This document shows positions 63,646-64,000 of a stretch of DNA of 64,000 bases, one piece after another; position 1 is the first letter of the stretch; every line of letters begins with the position of its first letter. The stretch spans positions 429,226 through 493,225 of the forward strand of contig CAWJIM010000024.1 of the NCBI GenBank assembly GCA_963842945.1. The letters are read 5' to 3'. The notes under the pieces were generated by a model, which did not search any database, had not been told where the DNA came from, and was given only the letters and a program-made list of their open reading frames with translations. The position numbers were made by a program, and so were the translations under genes. The stretch comes from an uncultured Gemmatimonadales bacterium (GTDB lineage: Bacteria; Gemmatimonadota; Gemmatimonadetes; Gemmatimonadales; GWC2-71-9).

Positions 63646-63660
63646 ACGGTTCAGTATACG
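63631..63660. promoter_or_regulatory. ArsR operator palindrome overlapping the start codon
   Basis: CGTATACTGAACC-atac-GGTTCAGTATACG, perfect 13-bp arms. Confidence 0.8.
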
Positions 63661-63787
63661 GACACAGGGGGCCGCATGCAAGGGGAGGCCGAGCCCGGGC
63701 TGCGAATCGACACTCCGACCCCGGTTCGCCCATGAAGAAGCCCCGGCCGGTGTGAGATCACCGAAGCGGGGCAACAGGTTCAGAATA

Positions 63788-63829
63788 TGGGCCTGGGTAG
63801 AGTTGAACTACTGACCTCACGCTTATCAG
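63788..63829 (-). mobile_element. 3' half of tRNA-Ile(GAT): probable att junction of an integrated element
   Basis: minus strand CTGATAAGCGTGAGGTCAGTAGTTCAACTCTACCCAGGCCCA = anticodon loop, T arm and acceptor 3' strand; no D arm or 5' half upstream. Confidence 0.8.
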
Positions 63830-64000
63830 ACCGAAACCGAGCGTTGGCACCCGCCGACCAGCGTTCATTTTCTTGCATTTAAGGGCGGCCGGCGCTTACT
63901 AGCGCTGGCCGTCGCTGACCGGGTTTGTTACCAGCAGTGTTACCACGGCTTTCTCCGCGCGAGGTGCGACTGCTTCATCGAGCCGCTCCTGGAGCGACCA

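Noticed and set aside
63788..63829. Functional tRNA-Ile gene
   Set aside because: 5' acceptor strand and D arm are missing

Overview
GC-rich bacterial chromosomal segment. The gene repertoire (PAS hybrid kinases, Ig-repeat lipoproteins, Ser/Thr kinase with Big_2 repeats, Oar-type TonB receptor) suggests Gemmatimonadota, which is an inference. About 15 otherwise intact genes are broken by single-base indels, most likely long-read errors, so they are annotated across frameshifts. Left half (1-34 kb): tyrosine catabolism (hppD, hmgA), a receptor-less CheB/CheR plus hybrid kinase cluster, an ECF sigma/anti-sigma pair, two TonB receptors (one with a Fur box) and surface Ig proteins; six intergenic regions carry a CRP/FNR-type TGTGA-N6-TCACA box. 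Best candidate for an undescribed system: a 7-gene minus-strand operon (37.1-45.9 kb) in which every product appears exported (DcaP porin, signal-peptide glutaminase, lipoprotein aspartase, asparaginase II, two more porins, amidohydrolase), i.e. a putative periplasmic Gln/Asn/Asp ammonia-releasing module with no inner-membrane transporter. It is followed by a cytochrome P460 (CX3CH)/ferritin/nitronate monooxygenase/catalase/haloperoxidase cassette and a nirK-USP / DosS-like heme-GAF kinase-OmpR-small laccase locus. The window ends at a 3' half of tRNA-Ile, a probable att junction.
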